From positions 992,001-1,056,000 of the forward strand of contig JBBPEB010000004.1 in NCBI GenBank assembly GCA_039096225.1: a stretch of DNA of 64,000 bases, given 5' to 3'. Position numbers and translations under genes: made by a program. Below the pieces are notes generated by a model. It did not search any database and was not told where the DNA came from. It worked only from the letters and a program-made list of their open reading frames with translations. Position 1 is the stretch's first letter. The number at the start of each line of letters is the position of its first letter. Source of the DNA: Blastocystis sp. Blastoise (taxonomy: Eukaryota > Protista > Bigyra: Opalinata). Below, piece after piece: positions 44,567 to 64,000 of the stretch.

Positions 44567-45369
44567 ATCATAATTTTTTTTTAAATATATTTTATATATA
44601 TGTTTTTATATATATATATTTTATTTATTGTTTTATTTTATATATTTTATTTTATATATTTTATTTTATATATTATTTTGTTTATATATTTTTTCTATAT
44701 TTTATATGTTTTATAAATTTTATTTTATTGTAAACCCTCTTGTTTTATGTTTTTTATTTTTCATTTTATTTTATAAATTTTTAATATATTGTTTGTTGTG
44801 CTATGATATATCAATCTTATAATATATCTTTATATATGATGACATTAATTATTATATTCAATACATTTATAAATTTTTTGAATGAAATAATCAACTACTA
44901 TAACATATTCTATTCATCTAAATATTGAGAAATTAAATTAATGAATAGATTTTTGTTTTTCTACAAGATTTGACTATAATTCATTTTTTTATAACTAAAT
45001 TTAATTCAACTCTCTTTTAAAAAGCTAGTTAGAGAATATTTAATAATAAGCATCATATGTATATTTGTAAATTTTCAGATTTACAAACAGTGAAAACGAA
45101 TTCTTATTTGAATATTATAGAAACATTTCATATATATGGAGTATATATGCTATTGATTATATTGATATATAAAATACTATCTTATATACATTATTAAAGA
45201 TAATATAGTTCAACGAAGTAAAAAATCGGAAGTTTTCGTTTCTTTTATCGAATTTGAGTGCATTAAGTTGAAATAACCTAGAATAAATAATGTTTAAAAA
45301 ATAAAAAAGTTTTTTACTATTCTCCTTATTAAAAAGTATTAATATTTGTTATAAAGAGTAATCTAGAAG

Positions 45370-46463
45370 ATGTCAGCAGTCGTTTCTTCAATAATAAGGG
45401 AGTTATGTCATTATTTTCCTTCATGTATGTTTTGGTTCACGTTACTTGAGTGCTAAATTTATGAAATATTAGTTTTCTTCACTTCTCAGCAAACTAATGA
45501 AGAAGATGAATCGTTAGTTGATCAAGAAAAGAAATCTATACAAACATTTGTTGATGGATTTAGAAAAAAGCACGAGAACTATTGTCCAGAATTTATAGCA
45601 GAACCACTTCGTGAAGCAGTATATATTATTAAGTTGTTTAGAAATCCTATTTCTTGATACTATTTTGTACATCTAGTTGAATGAATCATTAGCTGATCAA
45701 AAACCTTTAATTTTATATTTTCATAATAAATATCATGAGAATTCCGAAAGATTCTGCAAGTATTTTTTGTTGTTTATTGAATTTATTTTTGTTTTATTGT
45801 TATTTTTTGTTTTGTTGTTATTATTTTTATTTTATTGTTATTATTTATGTTTTATTATTATTAGTGAAATATTATGTGACAAGGATGTTTCAGAAACCAT
45901 TCATGAAAACTTTTTATTCTGGGGTTGTGATATAAGTACAGAATATGCTTTTGAACATGTATATATTTATTTATTTAATTGTTTATTTAATTGTTTATTT
46001 ATTTATGAATTTATCTTTTTATCTTGTTTTTATATGTATTCTATATAAATAATAATAATAATAATAATAATAATAAAGATGATAATAAAGATAATAATAA
46101 TAATAATAATAATATATAGTTAATGCGCCTTCCCCTTCCTTTAACTAAATTCCCGTGTATATATATAGTACGTAAATATCATATTGATAAGCCAACACGT
46201 ATTTATGGATCTATTCAAGGGTGCTCATGTATATATATATATATATATATATTATTATGTTTATAGCTATATACAGTTGTTTATTTCTATATATATATAC
46301 ATGTCCATAATAATCTTAATCTATTTGTTTTACTATTATTATAATTATATATATATAAAATAATCATGATTATTTATTGGATTTAACTCCTTCTTATTTC
46401 TCTGAGAAATTAATGAGCTTATTAATCGATGGAAATCAATCTCTTGATGAATCACTTGCAGAA

Positions 46464-46505
<42 letters not shown>

Positions 46506-47281
46506 CTATTCTATATATTGTTTTTATTATATAATAATGTTTGTATGAATAAGTTCGATATATATATATATATAGATATATCGAACTGAGGAAGAAAGAT
46601 CACTACGTGAACAACAGCAACAGGAATATCAAAATGCATTAGAGAGAGATAGAATACTTGTATATATATATATATATATATGTTGTTATTATTATATGTA
46701 TTAGTATTATTATATGATCCTCATATATAAATATATATAGGAAGAAGAAAGAAAGAAAGAAGAAGAAAGACAAGTATATATTTATATCAATCACTATTAT
46801 ATATATATATATATATATATTAATCTATTATACATTAATAATATATATTATAGAATATTATTCAAAAACAAAAAGAAGAAGAAGAAAAAATGAAACTTGA
46901 CGAAGAAAACGTATATATATATATATATATATATACATTTATTCATTAAATATCATTATTGTTTTTTATTGAACTATATTTATTTCTATATATATATATA
47001 GAAATATAAATTACATATTGAAGAAATCCGTTCTACTCTTCCTTCTCCTCCATCTAATGGTATTCTAGATATATATATATATATATAGAATCTCATGTTA
47101 TTAATAATTATTTTATTATGTATTCTTTCATTTTGTTTTTGTGTTTATTTTTTTATAAGATATACATATTCAAGAATAATGATTATATATATATATATAT
47201 ATATAGGTCGTGGTATACGTATCTCCTTACCGAATGGTCAGCGTTTTCAACAAATCGTCGATCCATCTATATCTATACAAG

Positions 47282-47318
<37 letters not shown>

Positions 47319-47643
47319 ACTATAATTTATAAATAATAATAATGCTCTATATATATATATACTATAGTTTATAACTAATAATATGCTGTATATATAGTAT
47401 CTATTTGATATTACGGATATATACCTTTATGATCATAATATTCATATTCGTGATTTTGAATTAGTTACAAATATGCCTAAGAAAACATTCTCTAGAGTAT
47501 ATATATATATATATATATATAAATTGATATTTTTTATTCATATTAATCTAATATTTTATATATAGAATGATACTGCAATTTTATTAAAAGATGAATATCC
47601 AAGTGGAAATATTGCTTTCTTTATAAAAGACCTTAATGCTTAG
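45370..47643 (+). CDS. FAF1/FAF2-like UAS-coiled coil-UBX p97 cofactor, no UBA domain
   Basis: FVDGFRKKHENYCPEF, KPLILYFH, ENFLFWGCD, ERSLREQQQQEYQNALERD, IRISLPNGQRFQQ and FELVTNMPKK; TAG at 47641. One internal exon lacks canonical splice sites. Confidence 0.85.
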
Positions 47644-48277
47644 TATTACTTGTATTTCATAAAATAAAAAAATATATTTATATTTCTTTTTTTTTTGATA
47701 TCTAAATATATAAACATTCCTTATGTTTTAGTCGTTATTCTTTTTTATCTTGCTTTTAAAATTAGTTTTGTTATGTTTTTTATTCCACATTTAAAAAACA
47801 TATTAGAAATTTGTTTCTACTTTTGTATTGATATCATTATATAATTAATGTATATAAGTCATTGACTTATAGAAATATAGTCATACGAGAATTGAAGAAA
47901 TAACTAGAACATCCAAAATTGATTTAACTATGATTGAATACAAATACTTTAGTCATTCCATATATAGGAAGCAGTTAACAATTCACATTATATATTTTAT
48001 TTTCTTCTTTTAATTAAAGAATAATCTATAAAAAAGCAGTCTTTAGTTTGAAAAATATATTTTTGATTATACCGCCTTTAGGAAGTTATTAGTTTCTCAG
48101 TATTATTAACGAAAAAATCTTGTTTATTTTCAAAAATACAAATTCAATCGTTTATTCATATTTATTCTACTTCTATAGGGTTGTAAGTGTCTTATACATA
48201 TTATATATATATTTATATCAATATTAACTATATATTTATGAGTTTAAAATTGTTTCTTTTTATAGATTTTCGTTACT

Positions 48278-51802
<3,525 letters not shown>

Positions 51803-52560
51803 TATATATATATATTATATATATACTTATTTATTGTATTAAAATAAGGAGTTATACTTTTTTTTTCCTTCTCTTTTATATATAAATATTTATTTTTTCT
51901 TTTTGTTTATAATATGTATACTCTTTAAAATTGTTTTATAATTAAATTTTAAACTCAATCTATTATATAACTCTTGCTGTGTTGATTACAACTTAATAAC
52001 TATTTCTATAAATATTGCCTTAGTTTTAAACACAAAACTTACATTTTGAAGTTCTAACCTCAAAGAACATTCAATAACGCTTTATAAATATTTCTATTAT
52101 CATATGTATACATTGTAGATATCATAATGAATTTATAACAAGTATTTTCAAATGATTTCCACTCAAATTTTGATTCTTTTTCAGTCATTAATATAAATCA
52201 TATTGAAGTGAACAATTCAACATTATCTGATTTTGGATTTCTTATTATCATCGTGAAACAACCAGCTATGAAGAAAGAATTGATAAAAAAATATTATTAT
52301 TTTTATTGGGTTCACATTTTTCGCATTTGCAAACTTGCATATTGACCTTGCTTAGACTATTTAATTTTAAATACTTTCAAAAAAACAAAGAAAAGATTGT
52401 TTCTAATTCTTATAAATTAAAATCATGAAAGTATAATATGTTTTCACTCATTTTCAATAAATTCTCAAGGTATTTCTAAAAAATTGAACTTTTTTAAAAC
52501 TTTTGATTTATAATTTTTAAAATATAATTTTTAATACTTTAAAGAATTTAGTGAAACAAA

Positions 52561-56502
<3,942 letters not shown>

Positions 56503-57132
56503 TACTATATATATATATAATGAATTACTCTTAATACATTTTCTTTTTGTGAATATTATAATATATCTATTTTATTATATCATTCTTAATATATATGTTT
56601 TATTGTAAATAAAAACATATAAACTGTGTGTTTATTCCGTTGTTAACTTTTATTTACATTTTCAAATACATTTTAAGTTTATTTGATTATTTAAAAATAA
56701 ATACTTTTTTCTTGTCCATATAAATGTTATATAAAAAACTAATGTTTCATTCAACTCATTACAAATAATTTTCTTTAAAATAACCCATTATTTCTAAAAA
56801 AAGTCAATCTCATTTCAAAAAAAATATTTAAAAGGTCACAATAAAGTCGTCTGTTTATGTATATGTTTCTCTATATCCATTTGTTATTTTAAAGTCGTCA
56901 ATAATTCGTTGGATATTTCTAATATTAAAGAATGTATTCTCAATATTGTCTTCCTTTTTTCCTTATATTGTTTCAGTTCAACAAATTATAGCTTTCTTGA
57001 ATCAAAACAATCAAGATTCATATTTCTTTTTAGGTTTCTTCTCTGTAGAAACTGGAAAAATACTAAAACCATTTTATTTTTTTAGTATTTAGTCTTCTAT
57101 TGTGTTTAAAAATATATAAAATTATAAAAATA

Positions 57133-58874
57133 ATGGATACGTATAATATTTCATTAAAGGATAGTTGTATGTCTCTTCAAAGTAGTTTGAAATGGTATAC
57201 AGAGTCCATCAAGTTAGTTTTGTCTTATTTAGAATCGACTTATTCTATGAGTCTTCGTTACATCAATTCTTCATGTGAATTATTAAATAAAGATATTCTT
57301 TATAATTTAGATATTTGTAATGATTCGAAAAAACATACGATTATTCATAATATCGATCAAAAGAATCAAATTAAGAAGCAATCAGATACTCTTAGAGATT
57401 CTAGAGATTCTCATGATGTTTCTATGAGTAATATGGATTCTAATGATATATCGAAAGTCACTTTTAAAATGAATGATCAAGAATATGTCTTCGATTTCAA
57501 TATAATTAATAGTTATCAAGGTAGTTTATTTTATGATGAAATGATGAAGAATGATATACATGAAGAATCTGTAGTTTATATAGATAATTCGAAAGAAAAT
57601 TGGTGTATTCCAATAATCGTTGATTATATGGAGAATAAGAAGATTTCAATAGAGAACTATAAATATGAAAAATTATTAAAGTTGATTGAATGTATAGAAT
57701 GGTTGAATCTTCCTTTACCTGCTGAGTTGATGTTCATAAGAGAAAGAAGAGATACTAAAAAGAAATATTATAATGAAATTGAAGATATATATATCTTTAT
57801 AAATGAGAAAGAAGATGATCCTCTTATACATTACTTGATAGAAAATAAATTATTAATGCCCTTTATAGAACATTATAATAATGGATATGTAGATTATGAT
57901 AATAAGAATGATGTTTGTTATATTCGAAAAACATATAAATATTTACAATATATGCATGAATTCTGTACTACAGGGACGTTAGTGATTCCAAAAGAACAAT
58001 TAAAATTAATACATCGAAAAGAATTCGAAGAAGAAATGAGTGTTTTTGGTGATAAGATATCGAATTGTTTAAATACTTTATTTAATCCTTCCTTAGAGAA
58101 CTCATGGATACTTGAAAAAGGAATGGAAAACTATTTATATGATTGGTTAGGAAAAGAAAAGAAATGGACTTTATTATTTAGGTATTTTTAATTTAATTTA
58201 ATTTTATATTTATTTATTTATTTTATATATGTTAGTATTAAAAAGTTATTTATATATTTTAAATGTATAATGTATATTATATTTGTTTTCTTTTAAAATT
58301 ATGAGTAATTTAACTATATTTTTCCTTCTTCTAGAGCTTCTGAACATGACTATAGTGCTGAAGAATTTCATAAATACTGTGATACTAAAGGAGAAACAAT
58401 TACTCTAGTTCAATATAAGAGTAAAAACAATTCTTATTATATATTTGGAGGATATACAAGTGTTGATTGGAATCCAAATACTAGAGATCTCTTAGGTATA
58501 TATATATATTATATATAATAATAATAATAATATATCCTTTATTTATAGGATATAAATATGATGCGAATGCTTTTTTATTTACATTAAGTAATAAATATGA
58601 TATTACTCCTACTCGATATCCTATATTAAATCCAAATCTTGCTATTTTTTGTAATATTCATAAAGGACCTCAATTTGGAGGAAGTCCATTAGATAAAAAA
58701 GATATGGCTATTTGTGATCAATGTCATATCAATCCTAATAATCATATTAATTGTATTTCTTATGATCATAAAAATAGTGATTTCAAAAATAATATCTTTG
58801 TAACTACTAATCAAAATGATCAATGCAATGATTTCATTGTCGAAGAATATGAAGTATATGGTGTAATTCAATAA
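57133..58874 (+). CDS. TLDc-domain protein with N-terminal BTB/POZ-like region; 3 exons
   Basis: TLDc: WTLLFRASEHDYSAEEFHKYCDTKGETITLV, IFGGYTSVDW, AFLFTL, GPQFG, FIVEEYEVY. Upstream VTFKMNDQEY...YQGSLF...IIVDYM...IEWLNLP resembles a KCTD-type BTB. Confidence 0.85.
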
Positions 58875-59410
58875 ATTTATTATTCATTTAGTTTTTCTTA
58901 GTTGCTTTTATTATTTATTTATTTATAAATCGTCCTTTTAAACTGTATAAATTATATTTTTCTTCATTTGTTTTGCTAATATCATTCAAATTATTATATT
59001 CATATTACTAATACTTATTATGGACATTCTATATAAATCTAGACTAATATAAATAGAAGAAATGATTCATTAATCATTACCTTCTTTAGAATGCACTGAT
59101 TTTAATTCTAATTTTAGTTTTATCCAACAATATAGGACTTTATAAAATAGAATCATTATATAAATTCCATATAAGTACTTCTTTCAATGAGAAAACAAGA
59201 ATATTATTTTTAATTTATAAATTTTCTTGTTTATCTCCTCAAACTGACTAATAAAAGAGCTTTTTCCATTATTATCTTTTATTATATATCTTTTTCATTT
59301 TATTTTCTATTATTTCATTGATCTATAATTAAATTTATTCTATTGCTTCTCTACTAATAGATAAAATTTGAATTCATTAAATTATTTATTTGTTAAAAGA
59401 CTTTCTTTGA

Positions 59411-62400
59411 ATGTCTATTTTCTTTTCCTTTCTCTTCTTACTTATATTATGTTTCAATCAAATTAATGCATATAGTATATATTTAATTATTGATTTGTAA
59501 AACAATATATGAAACTGATACTGTATAGTTTGTGTTGGATCTGGTGTTTATGAAATAAAACTTATAAAGAATTTTGGTGGAGATGCTTATCAAGAGTCTT
59601 GGAAGATAGAACGTTTGTATCAATCATTTTCAACAGTTATTTATGAAGATAAAGGTTATTATTCTGATCTTTCTGGATCTCAACGAAGTACATTGTTATG
59701 TTTATCGAAAGATAAAAATTATTCTATTACAGTTTCATCTAGGTATATTTATTTTTATATTTTTTTTTAAGTTTTATTTTTTATTATATTTTAAACTATA
59801 TTTTGTATTTTATTCTATTTCTTTAATTAATAGTAACAAATATGGTTGGGGAACAAGTTATGAAGATAATACTTTTATAGAACTGGCTTATAATGATATT
59901 GTTTTTTATACTATATATTTACCTTATTCTACTATTTTAAAGTCAAATTCTATGACATATCCTTTATCTAGTATGTTTAATATATTATATTTAATAGTTT
60001 TATTATATATAGCTCATTTTTATATAACAAATAGAACGGAATGGCATATTTCATCATCAATATCTTCTTCTTTATGGTATTCACCTAGCAATATAGATTA
60101 TTTAAATTGGTCATCTTCTTCTTCTTCTTCTTCTTCTTCTTCTTTTTCTTTGTCTTCTTCTTCTTCTTCTTCTTCTTTTTCTCCTTCTTCTTCTTCTGCT
60201 TCTTATTCTTATTCTTCTTTTTCTCCTTCTTCTTCTTTTTCTTCTTCTTCTTCTTCTGCTTCTTTTTCTCCTTCTTCTATTACCCATTATTATGTTACTG
60301 ATGTTTTTATTCCTGTGGATATAATATGGTTGATTTCATTGTCCTTTAAGGTTTCAGGAGGTATTCGTGTATATATTAATGGGAATGAACTCTATAGAAA
60401 GAATCTACCTTAGTATATATATTTATTTATATATTTACATTATATTTCTAATTCTATATGTTCTATGAATATAATTTATTCTATTTACATAGTAATATTG
60501 ATTCAAACACATTAGCTATTCAAAATAACGATATTTTCATTGCAAAGTATATATATAATATAATTTTATTCATATTTATTTTTCTTCTTATAGATTTCAT
60601 TTTCCTCTTCAATCCTTTCTAACAAACGATACTTATATACATATCGCAGTAGAAACTCATCATTATTCAATAAATCAAACTACAAATATATTTGAAGGAT
60701 TTTTATATGCAGATACTCAAATCGAAGGTATATTTATATTTTATTTATGTACTTATTTGTTTATTATTCTATAGAAACATGTTTTCCTCGTTCTATAGCC
60801 AGTACAATTACTTGTATAGATAATTCATCTTCTATTCCTATTTCTTATAATTCCTGTTCTTATCTGCTTCATGAAGATACTAATAATATATATATATCTG
60901 CAACAAATAACGTTTCAATTACTATCACTTTCAATGGACAACAGTATTTATTTATATTATATATTTTATTATTTATATTATTTATATTATTATTTATATT
61001 ATTTATTTATATTATTTATATTATTTATTTATATTATTTATTTTTAATTATTTATATAATTATGTAATTATCTTTATTATTAAAAATATATGATATCTAA
61101 TATATAGACAAGAATGGATTAATCGTTATAATATTACACTTCCTTCTTCTTCTTCAATGTTTCCTTCTTATTATACTTGGACAGTATATGGAATCTATGA
61201 ACAGCAAACACTCGTTAAATTAGATTATCAAGAACATATTCAATTCGATATATCTCATCAAACACAATCATTCTTCATCTTTCAAAATAAATGGAGTTTC
61301 AATCAATATCGATTCATTATAGGTATTTATTATATTTATATATTATTCTATATTATATATATCTTTTCAATCATCATTCCCATCTAATAATTTATTATAC
61401 TATTATTTTATATCTTTCTAGAAAATGATTTTCAAGATCTACCAATTACATTACAGTTTATTCAACTTCTTTCCTGTAATCATATTCCTGTTGAATCCAT
61501 ACTTCAATATTCACAAGATATTTATTATCCTCGTGTTTATTCATCACTTTCCTTATTACCTCTCTTTTCCTCATTTTCTTCTTTTCTTATTACAAATAGT
61601 TCTTTTCCTGAAGAAGTTAATGTATCAATTCATAAAGAAACAGGAAAGATTGAAGGACAAATGTCTATAGAAGGACACTTCTCTATAACAATTCAAGCTC
61701 TAGATACTATGAAACTACAGTATATTACTAAAACTTTACAATTTATTGTTAATAGTATATATATATAATCTTATATTTATTATTAAATACTAATTACATG
61801 TATATCTCTGTTTTCTATAGATTGTTCATTTCCTGATTATTCTTATATTTCTATATTACTTCATACAAATTGTCCTTTTGAAAAAACTACATTAATTCTC
61901 TATACACATGAGAATCTTTCTATTCCCTTGTTTATTCATGATTCTATTAATTATAAACTAGATCGATCCTATGAACTTTGTATATCTACTTCTTTAAAAG
62001 AAATTCATTATTTTCATTCACCTTTACTTTATTTCACTTCTTTCCTTCAAATTCATCTTCTTCCATCTATATCTACATTATCTACTAATAATACACTTCT
62101 TCTCTATACTACATGTAGAGGGAAATCTTCTTGTCAATATCTATTATATCCTCAATATCCTGTATCTTCTTCTTCTATTTGGACATATATACAAAAAACA
62201 CAAGAAATAAATCCTTTATGGACTACAATAAACTATAATGATTCTTCATGGTCACAACTCTCTTCTTCTTCTTCTTCTCCATTAATATCATCATCAATAT
62301 ATCTTTATCGATCTATATTCACAGTAACATCAACTTCTCTTCTTCAATCTATCTCCTTATATATATCTACTTCATTTCCATTCATTCTATATATTAATGG

Positions 62401-64000
62401 AATTCAAATCATACAATATGAATGGATATCTTCTACTAATAATCCAAATATTATGAATAAGAAATCTATTTCTAATGATACTCAATCATTCTTATTAACA
62501 CATACATATGATATTATTGAAGAAGGAATTAATTGTATATCTTTAGAAATCTTTATATCCGATATAAATACTTCTTCGTCTATTCTTCCTTTTGATTGTT
62601 CTCTTCTCCTTTTTTATCATGAACATATTATAGATCTTCTTTCTTTATCTACACTATATTTAAATAATCAAGTTGTTTCTTCTTCTATTCCTTCTACATA
62701 TTCTACAACATGTTTTTTATCTCCTAATTATCATGCTACTACTATTTATTCTAAACTTCCTTCTTATCTATTTGATCTTAATCTCTATACTTCATGGTAT
62801 CAACCTATGACTATTACTTTAGATCCAATTGAACTCTTACTTCTCTTTCATAATCATATTTCTCTTCATCATAATGTCTTATGTTTCATTACAAATCCAT
62901 CACAACCATTCTATGATCCATATCAATGGACACTCTATGGAGTTCTTCAAAGCCAATCAAATGGTTTATCTAATTCACAATATACAGATGATCTATTATA
63001 TCATTCTGAATATGATATTTATCAATCTACACTCAGTAGAAAATGTTATTATCTATTAAATAATACAAAATCTTATCAAGGATATCGACTTATCTTTGAA
63101 AAACCATATAATTCACTATATATACAATATATTTCTCTTTCTCAAATTGAATTTTTCTCTATGAATCTTCAAACAATAGAATTACCTCCTTTTGAATTAC
63201 CTAAGAATCGATATATATTCTTTTATCAAACAAAATATATCTCACCATTCTTCTATCCTTATGGATATCAAAATTATGAAATATCTTCTTCTGCTCTTCC
63301 ATTTTCTAATTTTAATTCTCTTCATGGATATTTTAATCCTTTTATATTATTAACATATTCTTCTCGACTTACTACTATTACAGCAACAAATCTAAAGAAT
63401 GAAATAGTATCAAATACAATTACTTTAGAATCTAGATATTGTAATGATGGATATAGTCCTCTACATTTATATGTATATATGGATGAACATTATTTAACAG
63501 TTACTTATACATTAAGATCTATATTGAATAATAATGAAGATATTCTTAATAAAACTATAGGAAATAATGATAATATCGATACACCTCCTATGAATATTTA
63601 TACAGAATCCTCTATATTATATCAATCCAAAGATATACTTCCTTCAGTAACTCTAGCGAAAGATTTTTGTTTAGATAATGGTATATATCAAATAGAAATA
63701 GAAGATTCTCAAGAAGAACCATGGATAAATAGTTTTATATCTATTCAAGGTATTGAACATTCATTCGTTACTATACATAAACCAAGAGGCAAATATTATA
63801 AATATATATTTAATTTAAATTATATTCTTAATTCAAGAGATTCTAATTGGAAATTAAAAGATATATCTACTTATCCTATAAATTGGAATACATTATCTTT
63901 TAATGATATATTATGGGATCGATATGATATTCAATTTAGTCAATCTATATATGATTCTCCTCTTCATTTATTTCGACATTCATTCACTATTACTGAACAT
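59411..64000 (+). CDS. Large secreted/surface protein with repeated galactose-binding-like/discoidin and putative Ig modules; truncated by the window end
   Basis: Signal peptide MSIFFSFLFLLILCFNQINA; GGIRVYINGNELYRKNLP; discoidin-like INRYNIT...WTVYG...KLDYQ...FNQYRF; He_PIG-like FPEEVNVSIHKETGKIEG. Modules appear to recur in the long exon from 61821. Confidence 0.7.
60110..60280 (+). repeat. Coding (TCT)n poly-Ser tract
   Basis: Degenerate TCT run in frame within the surface protein. Confidence 0.85.

Overview
Very AT-rich, intron-dense eukaryotic DNA using the standard genetic code; complete gene models end in genomic TAA/TAG. Short introns, AT-AC minor introns and large modular surface proteins suggest a Blastocystis-like stramenopile (inference only). 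Most ORFs in the supplied track are microsatellite or intron artefacts, so spliced genes were rebuilt by hand. Genes, left to right: two unknown minus-strand genes, a TBC Rab-GAP with an N-terminal membrane anchor, an FCP1/SCP-type pseudophosphatase, an EGF-TM-NZF-GAE receptor, aldose 1-epimerase, a Stum/SPEC3-like membrane protein, a filamin-type Ig-repeat gene, a ~5,900-aa midasin-related AAA+/multi-vWA protein, a FAF2-like UAS-UBX protein, a TFIIS-N/PDZ protein, MCM3, a BTB-like/TLDc protein and a large secreted modular protein running off the end. Top finding: an 8.3-kb non-autonomous hAT-like 'Pack' element (16312-24654). It has a perfect 8-bp target-site duplication TTGAAAAA, imperfect CAG-initiated TIRs and subterminal TGTCAC arrays. 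It carries the intron-containing filamin-repeat gene (with three AT-AC U12 introns) and two degenerate tRNA-like Pol III units. Other highlights: a receptor fused to its own GGA-like adaptor module, the giant AAA+ gene with a 16.2-kb intronless last exon, and several non-canonical or microsatellite-built introns.
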